Assembly: GCA_018304175.1 (NCBI GenBank)
Contig: JAGVWT010000003.1
Span: forward strand, 100,695 to 139,093
Origin: Candidatus Pacearchaeota archaeon
GTDB lineage: Archaea; Nanobdellota; Nanobdellia; Pacearchaeales; GW2011-AR1
Reading direction: 5' to 3'
DNA length: 38,399 nt
The position numbers and the translations under genes were made by a program. Below the pieces are notes generated by a model. That model saw only the letters and a program-made list of their open reading frames with translations. It was not told the origin of the DNA and searched no databases. Numbering within the stretch: the first letter of the stretch is position 1; every line of letters starts with the position of its first letter. Positions 1 to 7,913 of the stretch are shown here, piece after piece.

Positions 1-250
1 TTATATCTCCTTTTCTTACATTATATCCTCCGTCGCCTAAGGTAACTTTCCCAGAGCCTGAAACAACTAATGCCAATGCGTTTGATTTTTTGTGTATATG
101 TCCCGGTATTTCAGCTCCTTTTTCAACAGGGACTAAATCAACTTCTACGGAATTCTCAATATTACTTCCATTAGCTATTTTCCAGTATCTTATTCCTTTA
201 GGAGCATTATGAATAACATAATCCCCTATATTTTTTACAAATGCTTTCAT
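1..250 (-). CDS. Cupin-domain protein (3' end runs off window)
   Basis: Not in ORF track. Manual translation from ATG at 250: MKAFVKNIGDYVIHNAPKGIRYWKIANGSNIENSVEVDLVPVEKGAEIPGHIHKKSNALALVVSGSGKVTLGDGGYNVRKGDI. Cupin motif 1 (P-G-H-x-H ... VVSGSGKV) and start of motif 2 (VRKGD). Confidence 0.8.
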   Translation of the reverse strand, partial: MKAFVKNIGDYVIHNAPKGIRYWKIANGSNIENSVEVDLVPVEKGAEIPGHIHKKSNALALVVSGSGKVTLGDGGYNVRKGDI

Positions 251-270
251 GAAGGTATTTTCATCTGTAT

Positions 271-283
271 ATTTATAAACTTT
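271..283 (-). promoter_or_regulatory. Archaeal BRE/TATA promoter (AAAGTTTATAAAT) for the cupin gene
   Basis: A-rich BRE plus TTTATAAA about 20 nt upstream of ATG 250, consistent with a leaderless mRNA. Confidence 0.5.
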
Positions 284-284
284 A

Positions 285-815
285 TCAAACCAACCCTTTT
301 ATTAGATAGCCTACAACATAAGCTAACACAGCTGCGATTCCGCCGATAGAGATTGTTTGGATTGATGTTTTTATTTTATGTTTCCCAGTGACTTCTCCCC
401 TGAAAAAACCGACGATCCCTAAAGCTATTATTGTTAACAATATAGAGTAAACAAACTGATTTTCTATGATGTAATCAGAATCCGTCATGGCTCCAAGAAC
501 GTAAGATAGCAGTGGTATAATTCCTATAATAAAAAATGAGAAAAAAGTTACAGTAGCTGTTTTTTTTGGGTTTGCCCTTATTCCACGGAATTTTTTTCCA
601 AACTCGTTTCGAGATTTTGTTGATAAATAATTTGATGTGGCCATTGAAAATCCGTCGGCAATAAGATTTGCAAAGCCTATTATGAGAATTATTGAATTAC
701 TCAGTGCCGCTCCTGTAACTCCTGCAACAACGGCAAATGTAGTTACAGCGCCGTCTGTTCCTCCATAGACAAATTCGGGGAGATATTTTTTTTCGGTGTA
801 CTCTTCGTGATTCAT
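285..815 (-). CDS. VIT1/CCC1 family metal (Fe/Mn) transporter
   Basis: N-terminal FVYGGTDGAVTTFAVVAGV and GFANLIADGFSMATSNYLS are VIT1 hallmarks; multiple TM helices. Confidence 0.9.
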   Translation of the reverse strand: MNHEEYTEKKYLPEFVYGGTDGAVTTFAVVAGVTGAALSNSIILIIGFANLIADGFSMATSNYLSTKSRNEFGKKFRGIRANPKKTATVTFFSFFIIGIIPLLSYVLGAMTDSDYIIENQFVYSILLTIIALGIVGFFRGEVTGKHKIKTSIQTISIGGIAAVLAYVVGYLIKGLV

Positions 816-855
816 TGAAAAAGAAAAATGAGAATCTATTTAAATTTATTCGAAA

Positions 856-1137
856 TTAATATTCGCAAAGAGGATTTGTGTCAAGAAGTTTTATTGGCTC
901 ACCTTTTAAAGCATTTTCAAGAGCAGAAGTATATCTTATATAACCTTGTATATTAAATTTATCTGTATCACGGATACACCTTTTCCTATATTTCTCTGAA
1001 ATAATAAATCTTAATTCATCTTCATGCAAGGTTGCTAATTCTAAAAGTTCATGGTTATGATTTTTATCCCTTAATTTTTTATAAGCACTAGCCATCATTT
1101 CAAGTTGTGATATTGTGTCGCTTCCTATATCTCCCAT
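856..1137 (-). CDS. Hypothetical protein
   Basis: 93-aa ORF filling the gap between genes; no recognisable motif. Confidence 0.6.
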   Translation of the reverse strand: MGDIGSDTISQLEMMASAYKKLRDKNHNHELLELATLHEDELRFIISEKYRKRCIRDTDKFNIQGYIRYTSALENALKGEPIKLLDTNPLCEY

Positions 1138-1197
1138 AACAAAATACCAAAGAGCTCATTTAAATAAATTTATATATAAAAATAGGCAGTTCAAAAT

Positions 1198-1869
1198 ATG
1201 AAACTTGGAGTTTTATTTTCAGGCGGAAAGGATTCAACCCTTGCTACTTGGTTAGCGAAGAAAAATGGGTATAAGATAGAATGCTTAATTTCAATCATCT
1301 CAGAAAACAAAGAAAGCTATATGTTTCATACGCCGTCAATCTCCAAGACAAAAATTCAGGCTATGGCAATGGGAATTCCACTTGTTGTTATAAAAACAAA
1401 AGGCAAAAAAGAAACAGAGTTAAAAGATTTGAAAAAAGCAATTCTTATAGCAAAAAGAAAATATAAGATTCAAGGCATTGTAACGGGAGCTGTTGAGAGT
1501 GTTTATCAGGCTTCAAGAATCCAGAAAATCTGCAACGAATTTAATTTAGAGTGTTTTAATCCGTTGTGGCAAAAAAATCAGTTTGAACTTTTGGATGATT
1601 TGCTGAAAAATAAATTTGAAGTTGTTATAATGGGAGTTTTTGCATATCCTTTTGACAAAAGTTGGCTTGGAAGAAAAATTGATAGAAAATTCATTGAGGA
1701 AATGAAGATTTTGAATGAAAAATACAAAATCAATCCTGCTGGAGAAGGCGGAGAATTTGAAAGTTTTGTTCTCTACGTTCCTGAGTTATTTAAAAGAAAA
1801 TTGAAGGTAAAAAACTGGGAAGATTTTGGAGAAAAAAACTCATGGAGAGGGGAGGTTGAAGCGGAATGA
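1198..1869 (+). CDS. dph6: Diphthine--ammonia ligase (Dph6, ATP pyrophosphatase family)
   Basis: LFSGGKDS PP-loop, SYMFH, GAVESVYQ, PLW and GEGGEFES motifs. Confidence 0.92.
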   Translation: MKLGVLFSGGKDSTLATWLAKKNGYKIECLISIISENKESYMFHTPSISKTKIQAMAMGIPLVVIKTKGKKETELKDLKKAILIAKRKYKIQGIVTGAVESVYQASRIQKICNEFNLECFNPLWQKNQFELLDDLLKNKFEVVIMGVFAYPFDKSWLGRKIDRKFIEEMKILNEKYKINPAGEGGEFESFVLYVPELFKRKLKVKNWEDFGEKNSWRGEVEAE

Positions 1870-2117
1870 AAAGTAATATCTTTGCGGAAATGGGATTTGG
1901 AAATGACAGCTTTTTTTCTACTGAATTTGAAAAAGGCAAAAACGAATATAGGATACAAAAATTAATAATACCAAAAAAAATAAATTCTTTTTATATTAGA
2001 ATATGGGTTTTTAAAAGAGTTTTTATTATTTCTACAAATCATGGACTAGAATTTAATAAGAAAAATAAAAATAAATTTAAATTTTTGTTCGGAATATCTG
2101 GAATAAACAAAAAATGA
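1866..2117 (+). CDS. Small hypothetical protein, DUF3977-like
   Basis: ATGA overlaps with both neighbours. EMGFGN ... YIRIW ... FKFLFGI pattern recalls DUF3977 (from memory). Confidence 0.5.
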   Translation: MKSNIFAEMGFGNDSFFSTEFEKGKNEYRIQKLIIPKKINSFYIRIWVFKRVFIISTNHGLEFNKKNKNKFKFLFGISGINKK

Positions 2118-2611
2118 TTCTTCTCATAAACATCTGCAAAGAGAAACTGCATTTTTACGAATTTGTGAAGCCTGTCGAGGATATCTTATCAAAAAATAAA
2201 ATAGAATTTTCCACAAGACATTACAAAGATTTAACTAATCAAAACCCAACTAAAGCAGACAAATTTATAATTTGCGGAACTTCACTGAAAGACAACGATT
2301 TTTTGGAAAATATTGAAAAATTCAGCTGGATAAAAAATTGCAAAAAACCGGTTCTTGGAATTTGCGGTGGTTCGCATGTTATTGGTTTAATTTTTGGAGG
2401 AAAAATAAGAAGAAAAAAAGAAATAGGATTAAAGGAAATAAATATTGAAAAAGAATTTTTGGGAGTTAAAGGAAAAAAACAAGTTTATCATCTAAACCAA
2501 TTTAGAGTTTTGCCAGAAGTATGGAAACACAAAACAAAACCTATTTACGCAACGCTGTTTCATCCTGAAGTCAGAAACAAGGAAATTATTGAGGATTTTT
2601 GCAGGATTTAG
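2114..2611 (+). CDS. Standalone class I glutamine amidotransferase (GMP synthase A-like)
   Basis: PVLGICGG nucleophile elbow Cys and LFHPEV His-Pro-Glu. Confidence 0.85.
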   Translation: MILLINICKEKLHFYEFVKPVEDILSKNKIEFSTRHYKDLTNQNPTKADKFIICGTSLKDNDFLENIEKFSWIKNCKKPVLGICGGSHVIGLIFGGKIRRKKEIGLKEINIEKEFLGVKGKKQVYHLNQFRVLPEVWKHKTKPIYATLFHPEVRNKEIIEDFCRI

Positions 2612-2916
2612 TTAAGTTTATTTTTTGGGATTCTTTCCATAATAATTATAGATAATCTTGATTTTCCTTTCTCAGATTCAACGTCTACATTAAAACATTC
2701 TCCATGGATTGTTCCAAGATTTTTGTATCCTACATATTTAAATCTTGCCTCAAAATTTTCTTCTACAATATCTCTTTCATTTTCTTCACAATGATTCATG
2801 TCTACAATATTAAGCATGATCATATCAACTATATTTCCCTTCAATTTGGGGTCAAAATCAGCATAACAATACTTGTATATTCTATCTTCATATTCAAATT
2901 CGTTGTAAAAAGACAT
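2608..2916 (-). CDS. Hypothetical protein
   Basis: 102-aa ORF co-oriented downstream of hisS; 4-nt convergent overlap with the GATase. Confidence 0.6.
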   Translation of the reverse strand: MSFYNEFEYEDRIYKYCYADFDPKLKGNIVDMIMLNIVDMNHCEENERDIVEENFEARFKYVGYKNLGTIHGECFNVDVESEKGKSRLSIIIMERIPKNKLN

Positions 2917-2940
2917 GAAAAAAATATCAAAGGGTTGTTT

Positions 2941-4050
2941 TTAAATCTTTAGAATAGATTCCTTACCAGTTTTCAAATCTTTGACTTTGAAAGTTTTTAA
3001 TTTAACTTCTTTTTTACCGACGAAAACTGCTTTTTGAATTTTGTACGAGTTTGCGTACTCAAGCGCTTTCGAAGGCTTACCATAATAAATAGTAACTGAA
3101 TTTTCCGAGTTCCTGAGTTCCTGCGCGAGTTTTATCGCTTCAGCGTTTTTACTTAGAGAAACAACAAGAATTTTCTCTTTTTTTGTTTTGATTTTTGCAA
3201 GCATACACAATCTTTCAACACCGAAAGAAATTCCTGTAGATTGAATATTGTTAATCAAATAACTTCCTCCTGCTATTGCTTGAGTTTCAAAAACACTTCC
3301 ATTGTAATAACTCAGTCCCCTAACCAAACTCGGTCGGAATTTAACATCAACACCATAACTTTTACATGATTTTTTCAGCTCCAATATTTCTGAATATGAT
3401 TTATATCTCTTGAAAAAAGATTCTGGTTTTTTTATTATGTCTAAAATTTTCTCAGCATTATATTTCTTCAAATTTTCCTTAATCTCTTTTTCCGGCAATT
3501 TGTCAAGCTTGTCTATTTCTCTTAATACTTCATTTACATCTTTTATGTTTTCCTTATTTAGTATTTCATTTAATAATCTTCTGTTATTTACATTAATTTT
3601 ATTTTTTATCCCTAGTTTTTTCATAATTTCAGAAGCCATGGCTAAAATTTCTCCTTCGTCTTTTATTGTTGAACCTATAATATCTGCGTCACACTGAGTA
3701 AATTCTCTGAATCTGTTTTCTGAAACAGGTTCGTCTCTGAATACAGAACCGATTTGGTATCTTCGGTAAGGGAGCTTTTTGTTTTTTGCAATTCTCTTTA
3801 ACTGAAATGTGAATTCGTATCTCAAAGCGAGTTTTCTTTTTCCCTTGTCGCTTAACTTGAAAATATCAGAAACAGCTTCATCCCTTTCATTTTCACCTTT
3901 GACAAATTCTTCGTACTCAATTATTGGTGTTTCAGCCGGTTCGAAGCCATATTTCTCAAAAGTTTCAACTAGGATTTTTTTTATTTCTGTTCTTTTTTCT
4001 GCTTCATCGCCCGTGTAATCGCTGAAGCCTTTTACTTTTTCGTTTTTCAT
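2941..4050 (-). CDS. hisS: Histidine--tRNA ligase (compact, 369 aa)
   Basis: Motif 1 ETPIIE, LRYEFT, motif 2 YQIGSVFRDEP...RFREFTQCDADIIG, RGLSYYNGSVFE, motif 3 GISFGVERL, C-terminal anticodon-binding domain. Confidence 0.93.
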   Translation of the reverse strand: MKNEKVKGFSDYTGDEAEKRTEIKKILVETFEKYGFEPAETPIIEYEEFVKGENERDEAVSDIFKLSDKGKRKLALRYEFTFQLKRIAKNKKLPYRRYQIGSVFRDEPVSENRFREFTQCDADIIGSTIKDEGEILAMASEIMKKLGIKNKINVNNRRLLNEILNKENIKDVNEVLREIDKLDKLPEKEIKENLKKYNAEKILDIIKKPESFFKRYKSYSEILELKKSCKSYGVDVKFRPSLVRGLSYYNGSVFETQAIAGGSYLINNIQSTGISFGVERLCMLAKIKTKKEKILVVSLSKNAEAIKLAQELRNSENSVTIYYGKPSKALEYANSYKIQKAVFVGKKEVKLKTFKVKDLKTGKESILKI

Positions 4051-4059
4051 TTTTTAAAA

Positions 4060-4174
4060 AGGGCGGAAACTAAAATTCTCGCGAATTTTGTAAACCACCT
4101 TTTGCCTCACAAAAGGGCGGAAGCTCCAACAAGTTGGGCAAACCTCCCTCTCCATTTCATTTCGAGGGCGGAAG
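4060..4174 (-). repeat. Three copies of the tRNA-His 3' end TTCCGCCCT (4165-4173 in the tRNA; 4114-4122; 4060-4068)
   Basis: AGGGCGGAA on + strand at 4060, 4114 and 4165; the latter two extend to AGGGCGGAAG. Confidence 0.85.
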
Positions 4175-4296
4175 GGGAGAATCGAACTCCCGTCTTACGG
4201 AATTCGCGAGCTCTCTCGGAATTGACAAATCAAATTTGCCTTTTTCGACCATCACTCACCACAACCGCATGTTCTAGCCACTGAACTACAACCGCC
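4167..4296 (-). tRNA. tRNA-His(GTG) with encoded G-1 and 57-nt intron at 37/38 (4258..4202)
   Basis: G-GCGGTTG TA GTTC AGTGGCTA GAAC A TGCGG TT GTG G [intron] T CCGTA AGAC GGGAG TTCGATT CTCCC CTTCCGC C. BHB: TTGT/GCGA central helix, GAGT/GCTC outer helix. G-1:C73. Two U-U mismatches in the acceptor stem. Confidence 0.88.
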
Positions 4297-4611
4297 ATTA
4301 TTTAATTTAGTTAAGAATACTATAAAAAAGTTCTCGTAAGAATCTGAATTGATGAAAGCACAGCTAGAAAAATTGTTTTCAGTGATGAACTAAACTCCAA
4401 GTTTTAGCTTTCATAAAATACAATAAGAAAAGTTGTTTTTAAACCTTTTTATAGACCAACTTGGTTGTTTGGAAATTGTTTCGTTTCTTCTGTTTCGCTC
4501 AAATATTATCTTAATCTTTAACATAAAAAACCAAAGAAAATCTTGAGCGATAGTGGACGATTAAGGCGAGCACTTTAAGTTGGAGCGAGCGTGAACTGTA
4601 AAAATAAAAAA

Positions 4612-5091
4612 TTAAAGAAGAGCCGAACAAAGCTGCTCATTACCGGACGCATCTAGGAAGTAAACAACAGGTTCTGCTTTATCTGCATTCTTAATTCCTG
4701 TAGCTATTGCACTTACAGTCTTTGTTTCCAAAGGAGCAATGTTTCCAGGAGCATCATGTACATATGTCTTTGTTGCAGTTTCATTTGAGAACACAACTTT
4801 TACTCCTCCAATATTGTCTCCGCCAGCATTTCTTGTCAATGAAACTGTGCATACATCACTGCTTACTCCTGTGCAAGTGAGTTGAGCTACTTCAATGTTA
4901 ACATCAAGGCATTTTGCTCCGACGTTAATATTTTCTGTTCCTTCTCCAAGTATATCTCTTACAACAAACCAAATTAGAAGCGTTGCACTCATTACAATAA
5001 CTATCAATATAAGTGTGACAACTATTCCTGATAATCCTTTTTTCTCGCTGATATTTGGTAAGAAAGAATTAACTTGTGAGCCTCTTTTCAT
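4612..5091 (-). CDS. Archaeal type IV pilin-like protein (class III signal peptide)
   Basis: KKG|LSGIVVTLILIVIV processing site then a hydrophobic helix; Cys pairs. Start moved from 5175 to 5091 (MKRGS) to remove the overlap with gltX. Confidence 0.75.
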   Translation of the reverse strand: MKRGSQVNSFLPNISEKKGLSGIVVTLILIVIVMSATLLIWFVVRDILGEGTENINVGAKCLDVNIEVAQLTCTGVSSDVCTVSLTRNAGGDNIGGVKVVFSNETATKTYVHDAPGNIAPLETKTVSAIATGIKNADKAEPVVYFLDASGNEQLCSALL

Positions 5092-5128
5092 GCTGTATGA
5101 ATGCAAAATAGGTTTAAAAATATTACTA

Positions 5129-6340
5129 TTATTTATTGAAAGAATTAAGGAGTGTGAAAAATTCTTTTTTGTCAATTACTTTGTCAACTTCAGACAACCC
5201 AATACGTTCCGCGAATTTCCAAAATGCAGAAGGCCTGTATTTTTGTTTTTTAAGCGAAATCAGCGTCGGTAATTTTGGGTCGTCCCAACCTGAATAAATT
5301 CCCGACTCTATATCTCTCCTCATTTTTGTTGTGGAAAGTTCCATGTCTTTGAATTTTAATCTACCAATAAATGCATTCCAAGGAGATTTTTTCCCGAGAA
5401 CTTTGTAAATCATCTCTTGTTTTTTCGCGTTGTCAACGTGGTCCTTTCCCCTTATTGTATGTGTAACTTTTGTTTCAATATCATCAACTATGACAGCTAA
5501 ATTCATCAAAGGCCAGACTTTGAATTTATTTTTTTGTTTTGGGTGTTTTGTTAAATTTATTCTCGCAAGGGGAAAATCCCTCATTGCAGGATTAGGATGT
5601 CGCATATCAGATTTGAATCTTAACACAGCGTCGCCTTGCTTGAATCCGTTTTTAGATTTGTCCAGCATTTTTTTCCATTTTTCAAGATTTTCCTTAACGC
5701 TTAAGTTTCTGCACGGACAGTTTTTCATTGCTTCAACATATTTTTCAAATTCTTCCGGAGAGCAAGTGCAGATGTAAGTCGCTTTCTTTTTTATCAAGTT
5801 TTCTGCATATTTGTAATAAATTTTCATTCTATCTGATTGAATCATGATTTTTGACTTTTTGTCACAGAGCCATTTGGAATCATCTGAGATCATTTTGTAT
5901 GCTTTGGGATAAATGTTGTCGGGATTCGTGTCCTCTATTCTTATGTAAAGTTTTCCGCCGTATTTTTTTACATACAAATAAGACAAGCTAACTGCTATTG
6001 CATGACCTACATGTAATGGTCCTGATGCAGACGGAGCGAATCTCATAACAATTCCACTTTTGGGAACATTTGGCAAATCACTGAGTCCTTCTCGGCCCTT
6101 TCTTTCGCTCACGATTTTTTCTGATTTTTCAAACTCTTCTTTTTGTTGTTGAATTGAGAGAGAGTTAACTTCGGATACAATCTTTGAAATTGTTTTTATG
6201 TGATTTTTTAATTCTTCTTTTTTTAATCCTTCATGAAATAAAGACGAAATTACTGAACCTTGATTCGCCTTTCCGTTGTAAGCGAGTGCATTTTTCAGTG
6301 CGTAAGCTCTTGTGAGTTTTTCGAGGTTTTTTGGGTTCAT
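5129..6340 (-). CDS. gltX: Glutamate--tRNA ligase, archaeal type, lacking C-terminal anticodon-binding barrels
   Basis: N-terminal YALKNA extension, MRFAPSASGPLHVGH, IRIEDTNP, Zn site CTC...CPCR, VIVDD...IRGKDH, LSTTK, GWDDPKLPTL. Ends at 403 aa. Confidence 0.92.
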   Translation of the reverse strand: MNPKNLEKLTRAYALKNALAYNGKANQGSVISSLFHEGLKKEELKNHIKTISKIVSEVNSLSIQQQKEEFEKSEKIVSERKGREGLSDLPNVPKSGIVMRFAPSASGPLHVGHAIAVSLSYLYVKKYGGKLYIRIEDTNPDNIYPKAYKMISDDSKWLCDKKSKIMIQSDRMKIYYKYAENLIKKKATYICTCSPEEFEKYVEAMKNCPCRNLSVKENLEKWKKMLDKSKNGFKQGDAVLRFKSDMRHPNPAMRDFPLARINLTKHPKQKNKFKVWPLMNLAVIVDDIETKVTHTIRGKDHVDNAKKQEMIYKVLGKKSPWNAFIGRLKFKDMELSTTKMRRDIESGIYSGWDDPKLPTLISLKKQKYRPSAFWKFAERIGLSEVDKVIDKKEFFTLLNSFNK

Positions 6341-6369
6341 ACCTCAAAAAAGAAACCAATATTAATAAA

Positions 6370-6645
6370 TTATTCGAATTTGGTGCCGATGTTAAGTTTT
6401 CTTTCAATCAATTCAATTCTCTGTTGTAAATGGTAAATCTGATTTGAGAGTTCCTCGAGTTTTTCAGTCATGTCTGTTATTCTCTTAGCGAATTTTTTTC
6501 TTTTATCTTCACTACCAGGGATGTCAACCATATTTTCTTCTTTTTCCGTAGAAGTGTTTTCTTCGTGTAGATTTTCTTTTTCAGGATTATATTTTTTAGA
6601 CCAGTCGACAACTTTTTCTTTTCTGCCGAAATCAAAAAACCCCAT
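6370..6645 (-). CDS. Hypothetical protein with C-terminal coiled coil
   Basis: 91 aa; heptad-like KLEELSNQIYHLQQRIELIERKL. Confidence 0.7.
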   Translation of the reverse strand: MGFFDFGRKEKVVDWSKKYNPEKENLHEENTSTEKEENMVDIPGSEDKRKKFAKRITDMTEKLEELSNQIYHLQQRIELIERKLNIGTKFE

Positions 6646-6829
6646 AATTAGTTAAGTAAAAATGTATATTTAAGAATTTCGCAATTTTGTTGCAATTGAT
6701 ATAAAACTCTCCCCAATCACTGAACTTTACCCACCCACCCTAAACGTTACTAAATAAAAATCCAAATAATAAAATTGCCAAAGTCAAAACACCCCTGCAA
6801 AATTAAAATAAATATATTCACTTAAAATT

Positions 6830-6886
6830 GTCCTCGTGAAGTTGCTTGCCCTTGCCATCGGCGTCAGGGGAGTTATCAAGCAAGAC
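6830..6886. ncRNA. Candidate structured RNA element (GC-rich intergenic hairpin)
   Basis: 32/57 GC in an AT-rich spacer. TTGCTTG(6842-6848) pairs with CAAGCAA(6877-6883), CCCT with AGGG, and TGCC with GGCG. Confidence 0.35.
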
Positions 6887-6931
6887 CTTTATTTCAATAA
6901 TATTTAAAAACTCTTTTTTATTAAATAATAC

Positions 6932-7858
6932 ATGAAAAGGTGGTTTGGAAAAGAGATGAAAATCCAATCTAATTTTAGCAATAGAGCTATGTATAGTTTT
7001 CTGTCGATTTTTATTTTAGTTTTAGTGAGTGCTATAATTTTTGCATATGGTACTTCAACGCCGAGTAGCTTTGGACATTCATTTTCAGAATTAGCTCCGC
7101 CAACTAATTGTGGCACTAACCAGGTTCCTCAATGGACAGGAAGCTCATGGGGTTGTACACCTGCAGGAGGTGGTGGAGTTATTGAAGGTGACACAATAAT
7201 TCTAGGTGATACTTACACTGTAATTAATATTTCTTCATCAAATTCAACAGGAGAAACAATTAACCTCGGAGATGAAAACACAGAAATCACTAACATTTAT
7301 GGCGATACAATTAATAATGGCGATGAAAACACAATTATCAACAATATTCTCGGGGATACTGTAAATATAGGTGGTGAAGACAGTATTGTAAATATTGATG
7401 GAGACATAATACGTCTTGGAGATGAGTTCACTATTTTAGATTTAGCAGGAGTCATAAATATTGTTAATGGAAAAGTTGGAATCAAGACGACAAACCCAAC
7501 TGAAGTTTTAGATGTTGTTGGAAATATAAAATTCTCAGGTTCGTTGATAGGAAATATTCCTGCAACTAGTATAACAGGAGAAATTCCTGCCGAAAATGTT
7601 GAATCAGGTATTGTAAGCTATGGGGAAGGAATTTATATTGCATGTTCAGGCGCGCAACAAAATAACTGTAAGAACTCTAATTACGCATACATTGCAGACC
7701 CAAATACTCCTTGCATAACTACATTAAACTATTTTAGATACCAAGGGGATGCTGCTTATGCTGACTGCAGATATGACCCAACTTATGGAGTTATGTGGAC
7801 AGAGGTATCAGAAGCAGGAGCTGTATGTGCTTATGTATGTTTTAATGGTGTTATTTGA
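6932..7858 (+). CDS. Secreted/surface protein with beta-solenoid repeats and a tail-fibre/adhesin-like motif
   Basis: Signal/TM helix (true start may be 6956 or 6989), five 16-17-aa G[DE]TI..GD repeats, KVGIKTTNPTEVLDVVGNI motif, Cys-rich C-terminus. Confidence 0.7.
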   Translation: MKRWFGKEMKIQSNFSNRAMYSFLSIFILVLVSAIIFAYGTSTPSSFGHSFSELAPPTNCGTNQVPQWTGSSWGCTPAGGGGVIEGDTIILGDTYTVINISSSNSTGETINLGDENTEITNIYGDTINNGDENTIINNILGDTVNIGGEDSIVNIDGDIIRLGDEFTILDLAGVINIVNGKVGIKTTNPTEVLDVVGNIKFSGSLIGNIPATSITGEIPAENVESGIVSYGEGIYIACSGAQQNNCKNSNYAYIADPNTPCITTLNYFRYQGDAAYADCRYDPTYGVMWTEVSEAGAVCAYVCFNGVI

Positions 7859-7913
7859 CTATAATATTTAAATATTTAAAGTAAATTAAATATTATTAAT
7901 TAATGAAGGGAAA

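Noticed and set aside
4202-4258. Box C/D guide RNA inside the tRNA-His intron (GTGATGG ... CCGA)
   Set aside because: Both boxes are imperfect, the terminal stem is out of register for a K-turn, and no C'/D' pair is evident.
4102-4284. 60-aa + strand ORF
   Set aside because: It is the antisense of tRNA-His and its trailer.
5092-5128. gltX as a frameshifted pseudogene
   Set aside because: All catalytic motifs are intact and there is no room for a remnant anticodon domain before the next gene.
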